Of a stretch of 42,943 nucleotides of DNA, positions 7,328 to 17,090 are shown piece by piece (the stretch's first letter is position 1; every line of letters begins with the position of its first letter). The notes under the pieces were generated by a model. That model saw nothing but the letters and a program-made list of their open reading frames with translations, was not told the origin of the DNA and did not search any database. Made by a program: the position numbers and the translations under genes. This DNA comes from Nemertoderma westbladi (taxonomy: Eukaryota; Animalia; Xenacoelomorpha): positions 1 through 42,943 of the forward strand of contig JAUCBJ010002541.1 in assembly GCA_032718475.1 (NCBI GenBank), in the 5' to 3' direction.

Positions 7328-10300
7328 TTACGGCAGATTAGTCCGTGCTCTCCCATTAATGGTGTCAATGTTATCAACATCATTATTATCATCAACAACC
7401 TTATTAGCCACCAAAGCATGGGCACGCGCCAATGTCGGGTCTTTGAACGTGGCCTGAACAAAAATGTTGGTACAATATTGATCTTCCTCGGACGGATTCT
7501 CGTCCTTCTCGGCAAACTCTCGGGTCTCCACATTAAAGCATCCGGTCATCTCCCGCTGGGTTCTCTCGGTTTCGAGAAATAAATCCTCATTGAGGTCTGT
7601 AGCTGAGCAATATCCCACGGATGTTACATTTTCTTTATTCTGACATTTAGGAAGATATGTATAGGTGTCAGTAGTTTCTTCCTTGATGCCGCAGAGGGTC
7701 CATCCCATTATGGTTCGTTCAGCGTAAAAGCCGTCATCTTTCTTTATGGATCGGGCGACATCTCCGGTAGGTATGTGTAATTCCGGTGTATCAAGTCCGA
7801 TCAGTAGGGTGATGCGGTTTACGTCCAACTGCGGACACCTCAGATCTACATCGTCTCGGTCCAATTGTATGAGGGGGGTGTACTCGGCTGATTGTCGGAA
7901 CCGCACTCGGAGGTCTGTGTGTACCAAGGCGTTCTTGATGGTTAGCTTGACCGTCTCGTAGCCCTTCATTACTCCTTCCATTTGGAGTTGCACCTCCCCA
8001 GACTCTACCTCTCTGTTATCGGTGATGGTTTGTATGGGCCGTTTACAAGGTTCATATTCTAGGCCGAGTTGCTCGAGGAAATCCCGGTCGATGATGGTTC
8101 CGTCAGACCCGTTATCAAGGAACGCGAGCGTCGTCAGGGATTTGCCGACTCCCTGAATCCTTACCGGGATTACCTTTGCGAAGACCATGTAGCGGCGATT
8201 TATAAGATTAATCGTGGCTGAAATGTTGGTTACTTGTGGTTTATCGGTGGAGATTTTAAACGGATTGGTTTCTCTCCGTTGGGTAATCCGGGTTCCTTTG
8301 GAAACGTGGTTCGTTTCTCCTCTTCGCTTGGCTTCGATCCGAAAGGGGAGGGTAGTGAAGTCGAAGTTCGCGGGGATGTGGAGGAGCGTGTGATGACGTA
8401 GGTCGTTACAAACTGCACAACACGACCTTTGGTCGCAATCCCGAACGTAGTGACCTGTTCCAAGACACCGGAAGCATCCTCGGTGTTTCATCATCGCCTC
8501 GAAGCGTGGGACAAGTTCAGCAAACTGGAACTTTCCGCAGAATTCCAACTTATGTTTCTCTCCGCAGAAGAGACATATAGGGGAGGCTGTGGTGCCTTCC
8601 CTTTCGGGTGCCCAATTCGCTAGGTAGCATGCCCATTCTTCTGCTAAGGTCGGTTCCTCGTAATCCTCGTCATCCGAGTCCTCAGCCATACTGATGGCCA
8701 TCGCACTCACAGGAGTAGGGTGGAATCTTGGGTTTGGAGTGGGTGCCCTGCTCTGATAATTGCTCTCCATTGCGTCCAACTTGGCGAGACTCTGTTTCGA
8801 GAACATCGAGTCATTCATGGCTTCGGAGATATCGTCCAGGAATGCCGACATTTCGAGGAAGCTGGGATCTCGATCTGGATGTCTGTGCCGGAGATCTACG
8901 CATTTATAGGCCCACTTACTTTGCAGCCATCCGGGGAACTTCCGGGCAATCTGTCGGAGGTTTAGAATGTTGTTCACCTGGTCCTCCTTATTTAAGGGTT
9001 TCAGAGTGTAGTAGGCATCCTTCATGGAATCTGAAAATTCCTGGAGGTTCTGTGGGTCCCCTAGTGATCCCGCGTCTTGTATCAGTTTCTCTAGAGTTTT
9101 ATTAATTATAGTCCCGGTATTTCCGTATCTTTTGTCTAGAGTTTTCCATGCGTCGTAGTATGCTTCATGAGAACCTCCCTCAAAACAAGCGATGATTCGG
9201 CGTGGTTTGTCACCCAGGTATTGCGATAAATATACCAGTTTCTGTGCATCGGCTATGTCCGTTGATCCAATCTGCGCAAAGAACCGTTTCTTGAATCTGA
9301 GGTAATCGACGGGATCTCCTTCGAAGGTGCGGATCTCCATCTTGGGCATGGAGAGGCGGTTTTCCAATGCCCGGATAATGCCGATGTTGTCCGAACTGGA
9401 GTGGTTTGGAGGGTTATAGTTATTGGCACTCTCTCCCATACTCGATGGATCAATGGTAGGTGGAGTTTTAATGATGACGCGACTACGGGTTTGTGGTGTG
9501 GATGTAAACGGGTTGTTGGATCGAGGAGTGGCGTCCCGTTCCGAGTCCCTTTCAGGCTCGTACTTGGGAACACTCGCTGTCGTGGTGTTGGATGGGAAAT
9601 AAGGTTCCTCATTCTTTAGCGTAGCCGGTGGTGGATGGAACACCGGTGCTTGTGCCGATAGCGTAGACTGTTTGGTAGGCGGGATCTCGGGTTTCGGAAG
9701 TTTCGCCGCTGTCGGTATGAATGACTTTTCTAATTCCGGTACCGGGATTGGTTCATATTCCTGATCTATATCCCTTTCCCAGTCCTCGTAGAGTTGAATA
9801 TCTCGTTCTATAAGTGCGGCTTCGTATTCCGCGAGTTTTACAATATCCGCATTCTTTTTGTGGATGAGAATTGCTTGGGCCTCGGCGTGTTGTTTACGCA
9901 TTTCTGCTTCCCATTTACGTTGTTCGATCTCTCGTCCGCGTTGTTCGGCCTCCTGTTTGCGTTGTTCGGCCTCTCGTTTGCGTTGTTCGGCCTGCCGTTC
10001 GTCCTCTCGTCTATGTTGTTCGGCCTCTCGTTTATGTTGTTCTGCCTGCCGTTCGTCCTCTCGTTTGCGTTGTTCGGCCTGCCGTTCGTCCTCTCGTCTA
10101 TGTTGTTCGGCCTCTCGTCTATGTTGTTCGGCCTCCTGTTCGCGTTGTTCGGCCTGTCGTTCGGCTGCTTGTTTGGCCTCTCGCTTTTGTGTTTCGGCGG
10201 CTAATACATCTTGCTCGGCTTGCAGTTGAATATACTCATCTTCCATCCGAGCTTTGAGGGCTAATGCCTTCCGTTCTCGCAGTTGGTCTCGGAGTGGCGG

Positions 10301-10825
10301 CGCCCCTTGAGAACTGCGCGCTGAGCCGGATATCTCGCTCCTAGCGCTGGAGTGCTGATTTCTAGCGGACCCCGTTCTCTTTCGATGTACTGCTGTCCTG
10401 ATGCTGGAGGATCGTACTGATTCCGCGTCTGTTCTTTCAGCCCTCTTGTAATACTGTTCTTCATAGCCTCTCACAAGGCTGAGGGTCCTCCGGTGTTGTT
10501 TGCGGAACCCATCTAGATGTACAACGTGTTCTTCCAACTTGGGGTAGTTTTCCTGATCGGTGGGGGGAACGAGCTCTTGGTACGCCTGTATCATTCTTTC
10601 GTACCGCTGTAGGATATTTCGGATACTTTGAAGCTGAGTTTGTACCTCATTGAGGGGGGTTTTGACTCCCTTGAGTTGTTTCTCCATCCGTTGATACGCT
10701 CGGGTTACTCCGCCTTTGAGAGCCCCTAGCCGACGGGTCATGTTCTTGACGTTCGGTACCTCGTCGGCTTCCGAGTCTGTGTGGTGATCCATCTCGTCGA
10801 TATCGGATACGTTATTTGTCGTCAT
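7328..10825 (-). CDS. gag: Bel/Pao Gag-protease polyprotein (1165 aa), truncated before RT
   Basis: Coiled-coil N-terminus; DUF1759-like capsid region (FEGDPVDYLRFKKRF...KLVYLSQYL...AWKTLDKRYG); knuckles CLFCGEKHKLEFC, CFRCLGTGHYVRDC, CAVCNDLRHHTLLH; protease AFLDNGSDGTII...LLIGLD...TIMGWTLCG. Confidence 0.95.
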   Translation of the reverse strand: MTTNNVSDIDEMDHHTDSEADEVPNVKNMTRRLGALKGGVTRAYQRMEKQLKGVKTPLNEVQTQLQSIRNILQRYERMIQAYQELVPPTDQENYPKLEEHVVHLDGFRKQHRRTLSLVRGYEEQYYKRAERTDAESVRSSSIRTAVHRKRTGSARNQHSSARSEISGSARSSQGAPPLRDQLRERKALALKARMEDEYIQLQAEQDVLAAETQKREAKQAAERQAEQREQEAEQHRREAEQHRREDERQAEQRKREDERQAEQHKREAEQHRREDERQAEQRKREAEQRKQEAEQRGREIEQRKWEAEMRKQHAEAQAILIHKKNADIVKLAEYEAALIERDIQLYEDWERDIDQEYEPIPVPELEKSFIPTAAKLPKPEIPPTKQSTLSAQAPVFHPPPATLKNEEPYFPSNTTTASVPKYEPERDSERDATPRSNNPFTSTPQTRSRVIIKTPPTIDPSSMGESANNYNPPNHSSSDNIGIIRALENRLSMPKMEIRTFEGDPVDYLRFKKRFFAQIGSTDIADAQKLVYLSQYLGDKPRRIIACFEGGSHEAYYDAWKTLDKRYGNTGTIINKTLEKLIQDAGSLGDPQNLQEFSDSMKDAYYTLKPLNKEDQVNNILNLRQIARKFPGWLQSKWAYKCVDLRHRHPDRDPSFLEMSAFLDDISEAMNDSMFSKQSLAKLDAMESNYQSRAPTPNPRFHPTPVSAMAISMAEDSDDEDYEEPTLAEEWACYLANWAPEREGTTASPICLFCGEKHKLEFCGKFQFAELVPRFEAMMKHRGCFRCLGTGHYVRDCDQRSCCAVCNDLRHHTLLHIPANFDFTTLPFRIEAKRRGETNHVSKGTRITQRRETNPFKISTDKPQVTNISATINLINRRYMVFAKVIPVRIQGVGKSLTTLAFLDNGSDGTIIDRDFLEQLGLEYEPCKRPIQTITDNREVESGEVQLQMEGVMKGYETVKLTIKNALVHTDLRVRFRQSAEYTPLIQLDRDDVDLRCPQLDVNRITLLIGLDTPELHIPTGDVARSIKKDDGFYAERTIMGWTLCGIKEETTDTYTYLPKCQNKENVTSVGYCSATDLNEDLFLETERTQREMTGCFNVETREFAEKDENPSEEDQYCTNIFVQATFKDPTLARAHALVANKVVDDNNDVDNIDTINGRARTNLP
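9935..10165 (-). repeat. Coding tandem repeat in gag (REAEQHR/REDERQAEQRK units) extending the coiled coil
   Basis: Repeated tgttcggcct...tcgt units of 21 and 33 bp, all in frame. Confidence 0.9.
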
Positions 10826-11013
10826 TGTAACGCCTCGTCAATAGCTAGATACGCGATGTCATAAAACAGTTCCTCGTAGGTATTGTACTCAGCTTGGACC
10901 ACCCGAACGGTAATCCTGAATCGTCCGACGTTCGTTCCTTGCACTTCAACTTCGACGTGCCAGATTCCTGGCTCAACTTGGATTATATCAATGGGTGTGA
11001 TCGATACTTCCAT
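10822..11013 (-). CDS. 63-aa upstream ORF whose stop overlaps the gag start (ATGA)
   Basis: True ATG in strong context (GGAATGG); its TGA overlaps the gag ATG; the sequence alternates hydrophobic residues like beta strands and ends in an acidic helix-like segment. No homolog recognised. Confidence 0.45.
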   Translation of the reverse strand: MEVSITPIDIIQVEPGIWHVEVEVQGTNVGRFRITVRVVQAEYNTYEELFYDIAYLAIDEALQ

Positions 11014-11205
11014 TCCCTGTTAACAACTCTCCAAATATGTGATCTGCCGACTACGAGTTGGTTAGATCGAGTTTGTTGATTAATTAAACCACGACTTCGT
11101 CTCAACTCAAATACCAGAGTTTCCTCGTAGTGGGTGCTGGCAAGCACGTAGAGAGTTTTGAAGAGTATTGAAGGATTCTGAACTTCCACCAGTTGAAGTT
11201 GACCG

Positions 11206-11263
11206 TAATTATTCTTAATTTTGACACCCTGTCAAAATTAACCGCATTAATTATTCTTAATTT
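11206..11263 (-). other. PBS position: no tRNA-type TGG; 18-bp direct repeat, 12-bp-stem hairpin and a 13-mer complementary to the LTR
   Basis: taattattcttaattttg at 11206-11223 and 11248-11265; ttaattttgaca-ccc-tgtcaaaattaa at 11215-11241; 11249-11261 is the reverse complement of LTR 11486-11498. Confidence 0.55.
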
Positions 11264-12986
11264 TGTTGCCGTTATCCCAACACCAGGGGGGAAAAACGCC
11301 GATGCTGGAGACGTGACTTTACAGACCACCGAGCCCCGGCCAGTCACCGGATATTGATTGTGGAGAAGGAATGTTTTCTGAGATGCAAGTTTGCAGTTGA
11401 TAAAAAGCTGCATTAGTTGGATATACTCTTTAATGTAACTTCCTATAGTTGAAACCTGTTCAACATCATTGAAACCTGAAACCTGATTAAGAATAATTTT
11501 GGGCTTCCCCAAATCAATATACACCAAATATTCACAATAATTATACACGATAATATAAATCCCTACGGTATATTATTTAATTACCCACTGTTCGCTTCAG
11601 ATTTTAGCCTACCTAATGTTCCCCAGATTTTCCCTCGGTCCTAGTCTTAGTGCCGTAGTGTCGGTGTCGGTCGACCCTGTCGCGTGTCCGTTCCACCCCT
11701 CACGAACCCCGAAGGGTTCGATCATCGAGAACCAGAACGGCTTGGCTAGGGGTCCGTCGGTTCATCGCAGAAACCCAACCACCTAGGCTTTCCGAGTCCC
11801 TTTCAGGCTCGTAGTCGCTTCGGCAGCCGAGAAACTGCTCCGAACAGTCGGTAGGCCAGTAGAGTCTAGTCCTTTGTCTTTCGACCCCGTCGCGTGTCCG
11901 TTCCACCCCTCACGAACCCCGAAGGGAACGATCATCGAGAACCAGTACGGCTTGGCTAAGGGGTCTGTCGTCGGTTCCCGTCGCAGATCCCGGTACAAGC
12001 AGTCAGCGTTCCGAGTTCTTTTCAGTCTCGTAATAGCTGCTGTTGACCAGAGACCGCTAAGGGCAGTCCTCGTCAAACCCGTCCTGTGGCCAGCCCTTTC
12101 GCATGTCCGTCCCACCCCTCGCGAACCCCGAAGGGATCGGTCATCGAGAACCAGTACGGCTTAGCTCAGGGGGCAGTCGTTAGTTGGCCACCCGTTCGCG
12201 TGTCCGCTCCACCCCTCACGAACCCCGAAGGGTTCGATCATCGAGAACCAGAACGGCTTGGCTACTAAGGGGCCGTCGTTTCCCGTCGCAAATCCCTGAC
12301 ACAAGCAGTCAGCGTTCCGAGTTCTTTTCAGTCTCGTAATAACTGCCGTTGACCAGAGACCGCTAAGGGCAGTCCTCGTCAAACCCGTCCTGTGGCCAGC
12401 CCTTTCGCATGTCCGTCCCACCCCTCGCGAACCCCGAAGGGATCGGTCATCGAGAACCAGTACGGCTTAGCTCAGGGGGAAGTCGTTAGTTGGCCACCCG
12501 TTCGCGTGTCCGCTCCACCCCTCACGAACCCCGAAGGGTTCGATCATCGAGAACAAGAACGGCTTGGCTACTAAGGGGCCGTCGTTTCCCGTCGCAGATC
12601 CCTGACACAAGCAGTCAGTTCCGAGTTCTTTTCAGTCTCGTAATAACTGCTGTTGGCCAGGGACCGCTAAGGGCAGTCCTTGTCCTTTAGGCCTGGCGCA
12701 TTACCAAATCCACCCCTACAGGCAGCAGGAAGTTGGCCAGGGCCTAATAGTACTCAGGCTAACCTGAATACTGCTTGCATTTTCCATCCCCCCCTGGCCC
12801 TTATAACTATGAAATTATTCCCGTACCCTGTAAGTTCCCCCAAAGTTCGCCCATAAATCGCCCCCAGTTTATTGAATGTGCCCAAAACCCATGGTCCCGC
12901 ACCCAGTAGTAATATCGGAATAATCAATTTTAATAAAATACAAAAATATTCAACTCGCGTTATGGAAAGTTGAAATACCGCGAACA
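11264..12986 (-). repeat. 5' LTR (1723 bp), containing the same motif array (about 11672..12688)
   Basis: Direct repeat of 1095..2819; followed on the plus strand by TSD GACCT. Confidence 0.96.
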
Positions 12987-13060
12987 GACCTGCCAAAGAA
13001 CAAGAATGTGCACAGGATGGTCCTCACGGTGAAAACAATGACCGGCAAAGCGGAGGCTGA
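12987..13060 (-). mobile_element. Right half of the old RTE-like fragment split by the LTR element
   Basis: gccaaagaacaagaatgtgcacaggatggtcctcacggtgaaaacaatgaccggcaaagcggaggc aligns to the reverse complement of about 37665-37732. Confidence 0.8.
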
Positions 13061-13868
13061 TCAGGAGACTACAAATACAAAGAACTGATAAATCATAAAA
13101 CACAGATGAAGTCATATTAGAGACCTGTCACCCAGTTAGACCATGTGTTGCCTAAAAGATATGGGAAAAGAAGTCATGCTGAAACATTCGAACCTTGCTC
13201 CCACTGATTCTTACTGCAGTGCATAAAAATAGTGATTAACATTAGTAACACGACATCAATCCTTAGAAACGTAATGTGGGGCCACCAACGAAGTGAGCGA
13301 AGCCTTAGCATGTGGGTGCCATTAACGACTTGTCTGTCATCGTCATCTGTCGTCGTCATCGTTGTAAATTTTTGATCGCTAATAACTCGGTGATGAAATT
13401 AAATGAAACTTGGCACGTATGTAGTCCGTCAAAAGTTGAGAAAGAAACTGAATATTGATAAAAAAAAAACGAACGAACGCAACGAGGCAAATGAAGGAGA
13501 CGAGTATTGTGTTGAAGACTTCTGACTAACAACAGAGAACTCAGTAATGGGGCCACTATATGCTAAGGCTCGGTTTGCTCACTTTGTGCTGCGCGAAGAC
13601 CCCACGAACGTGTATTATGATGAATGGGCTTTGTATGTGCATTGATTGATTAATTACAAGAGATTGGGAACTATTAGCGAGTTATAATAAATTTATTAAT
13701 TTTATTTAATATTGTCTACACCATATTTGGAATATAAGTGGAATTGATTGGTTGGTTGGTTGATTGAACTGGTTGTGAAAATGAGCAGCTGCCTAATTTT
13801 AAAATTGACTTTCCTTTCAAATTTAAATAGGGCCTTGGCTATATAACATAATTTGCAAAATTTAATTA

Positions 13869-14128
13869 CTACTAGGATCGGCATGCTACATTGCAGCTGC
13901 ATTTTTAAGAATGATGTGCCGGCTTGTTGACAAAATTGCGTCGCCACAACTCTATCACCCAAGACATTTGCTAGATCATCCGCATCTTCAAGGCCAGTGT
14001 CCTTTAAGATGCGTCTCAATAAAGTCAAGGGCTGTCCACCATGCTTATTCATTCCGGCATGAGGCTGCTAAAGTACAAGATTATGCATTGGCTGGTCCTC
14101 ACGGCGAAAGCAATGTCCTGCAAAGCGG
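13869..14128 (-). mobile_element. 5'-truncated RTE-like LINE copy (about 260 bp)
   Basis: Close reverse-complement match to 37670-37927; flanked by aaaatttaatta at 13857-13868 and 14129-14140 (TSD). Confidence 0.9.
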
Positions 14129-15824
14129 AAAATTTAATTAATAAATCCTTGAGAGTCAAATATTATAAGTATCAAATTTGTTTTTGTTTTCTTTAGAGCC
14201 AATGTAATATCATAAGTATACATCGGTATATGAGAGCTGAGTTTAAGGATGACTCTGGTTCCAAGATCACCTGCTATGAAGCTCAAGAAACTCAAGGTTG
14301 CGAAGGAAAATGTACATCTTTCAAGGGGCCCATATTCAAGTATAAAAACATGGATATGTCACTCCGACAGGTTAGGCTTGCTTTTAATGGGTGGTATGCT
14401 TGAAGTATGAAATTGTAGAAAATTGTAAATTATTTTTATGATTAAAAACACTTAGCAATTTTATATTAAGTTTCATATTCACTAACATTGCACATTCGCA
14501 TAAATGAATATTCTCACTTGAGTCCAGGTGAAACGCGGTGCTACATTATTTATATAGAATACAATAGAGTCAATATTTAGGTAATTATTTTTCAAACTCG
14601 TTTTTTGTTATTTACACTGCGTTATTTTCACTTTGTAAACACCCAGGCCTACGATAAATGATGCTGATATCCGGACAATTATTCTGAAATAATTATATAA
14701 TTTATAGGAATGTTATTATTGTAAAGAAATCCAAACGAAACCAAAGAGGTTAATGTTCACTAACTGTCTTGACATGGATAACAACGCAGTAACAGGACCA
14801 TTTTCAACCGTCATTCATGAAGCATCAAAATGTGGTTGTAAACATTGCATTGGGAAGTAAACGCTTTACTGAATATTTTACTTACTTTTTCAAGTTGCAC
14901 ATATCTGAACTAAACTAAATACAGTAACTACAATTGTACACCTAAGCTTACACTAATATTAGAAGTTATTATAAGAAGGTAATAATATATTAAACAATTT
15001 TCGCTCCCTTTTGTTTCTGATATTACCGAGAGTGATGTAATAAAGTTAGGCATGTTTCAATTTTCGACCTCTCAAAATATCGCCCACTTTTGAAAGCTAT
15101 CCCGCTCCACACTACATTCTTCGCCAAATAGTAGGACACAGAGGGAGGTATGGAAGTTATGCTGGATTTGCAACCTCTTACGGCACTCATACATACACCT
15201 GATCCAACCGGTTGTTTTCACTAACTACGCTCCCACTCAAATGTGTAGGTGATTAATTATATAGTTCTTGGAACGAGCCGAAAATAATGCCTATATTATA
15301 TCCTGTAAAATAAATAATTATTATTCACTTTAGCCTTTAATCACACAAGCAATCAAATATACAACAAACAAGTTGGTGAAATGTTTGTATGCAGTAAGTC
15401 AGTCAGTTAGTTAGGCGTACCCTTATTTCTACTATGTTTAAATCATGTGTTCAGCAATAAGAGCCATTATGTGTGCAATGTGAGTTTATTAAAAACTTCA
15501 AATTAGCTTGTAAAATATTAATGACACATAATTTGTTATTTAATATTTCATCAATTAGTATACATTAACGTTAGTGTCTTTGATTGACCTCCCACTCATT
15601 CGGATCTGTGTCCATCAACTTATCAATCTAATGTATATATATATATACATTCATACATACACCATAATATGTACTTCTCGTGAGGTGGTGGTTGTTCCCT
15701 ATAATGGTATTTAATGGTCAATAATAATCCTACTACACTTACTACTAGGTCGAGCGAGCACAGTCATCATATTTTATTATGATGTCCATATTTTATATAT
15801 AAACCATTTCTTGGAGCAACTCCT

Positions 15825-15880
15825 ACAAGCGTCTTCTCGGTCGTCTGCCATCAATGGCAGACGACCGAGAAGACGCTTGT
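15825..15880. repeat. Perfect inverted repeat, 27-bp arms, 2-nt spacer
   Basis: acaagcgtcttctcggtcgtctgccat-ca-atggcagacgaccgagaagacgcttgt. Confidence 0.95.
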
Positions 15881-16096
15881 CGGATAACTTGCTACCGGTA
15901 CATAAGCAGTTGTATTTGGATTCAGCTGCCGCCCTTGCATTTCTCGCATCATAGCAGCATCCTCATACCGTTCTGACCTAATGTCTACAGTGTTTTAAAT
16001 GGGTCATGGTTCTATACACAATTCCAGCTGTAATCGGGGCTCCTTTACTAAGTGTTGCTGTAAGTGTCAACTTATGCAGGGGATTAGTTCGTTAGT

Positions 16097-16813
16097 CAGA
16101 AAGACCAAAATTTTGACAGTTAACTTTGAAAGTCCTCAGCAAGTCTCTGATCGGAGGAACATAAGCTCAAAATATGGTATGCTTGAGCATGTGGATGACT
16201 TCTGTTACCTGGGATCATGGATCCGGAAGTCAGGTGAGGACCTTCGAATACGTAATAATAGGGAAAGGCATGGGCAGCCTTGAATAGGCTTTCCAGGATT
16301 TGGAAGTCACCGGTAATTTATCCGACACTTAAGGTCCGATTATTTAGAGCAGCAGTAGTTCCAGTACTCCTCTATGGGAGTCCATGCTGGGCTCTAACTG
16401 CTGAGGACACCAAATCTCTGGATGGCACATTCACAAGAATGCTACGCCGGGTTCATTGTGTCAAGTACAATGCACACATCTCCAACCAGACACTATATAA
16501 CATTGGAGGTGTCTCATTGGTTCCCCCAAGCTTGACACTAGAACAAAATCGCCTCCGCTTTGCAGGACATTGCTTTCGCCGTGAGGACCAGCCAGTGCAT
16601 AATCTTGTACTTTGGCAGCCTCATGGAGTGAATAAGCATGGTGGACAGCCCATGACTTTCTTGAGACGCATCTTAAAGGACACTGGCCTTGAAGATGCTG
16701 ATGATCTAGCAAATGTCATGGGTGATAGGGAGTTGTGGCGGTGCAATTTTGTCGATAAGCCGGCACAGCATTCTTAAAAATGCAGCTGTAATGCAGCATG
16801 CCGATCCTAGTAG
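16097..16813 (+). mobile_element. 5'-truncated RTE-like LINE copy (RT C-terminal region, frameshifted)
   Basis: Near-identical to about 37219-37927; (TAG)n tail; TSD tagttcgttagt at 16085-16096 and 16814-16825. Confidence 0.92.
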
Positions 16814-17090
16814 TAGTTCGTTAGTGGATACATTGTCTTTATAAGCAGTATCAGTTAGGACCAATAAAACAAGAGTTAATAATGCTTAGCTGTATATTTT
16901 AATTTACAGTAGTTGCAATATTGAAAGATAAACCGTGAAAAATAAACTGGTAAGAAATAGTAGCCACTTTGAGGAGTGGTACTTGCTGGGGAACTAAATA
17001 ATATACTGTTAGCCCTAAAATCATCTACAACAATTATGTTATATATACTCAGCCTTAAATACTGGTAAACCAATAATGAATCCAATTTAA

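Larger units (their letters stand above)
1095..12986 (-). mobile_element. Bel/Pao LTR retrotransposon, non-autonomous (RT/RNase H/integrase core deleted), with an extra ORF
   Basis: Two near-identical 1.72-kb direct repeats with TGTT...AACA termini; 5-bp TSD GACCT at 1090-1094 and 12987-12991; Bel/Pao-type gag with three Cys/His knuckles, aspartic protease and integrase C-terminus; G-tract next to the 3' LTR. Confidence 0.96.

Noticed and set aside
9794-10257. Plus-strand ORFs of 123-136 aa
   Set aside because: Antisense shadows of the gag coding repeat.
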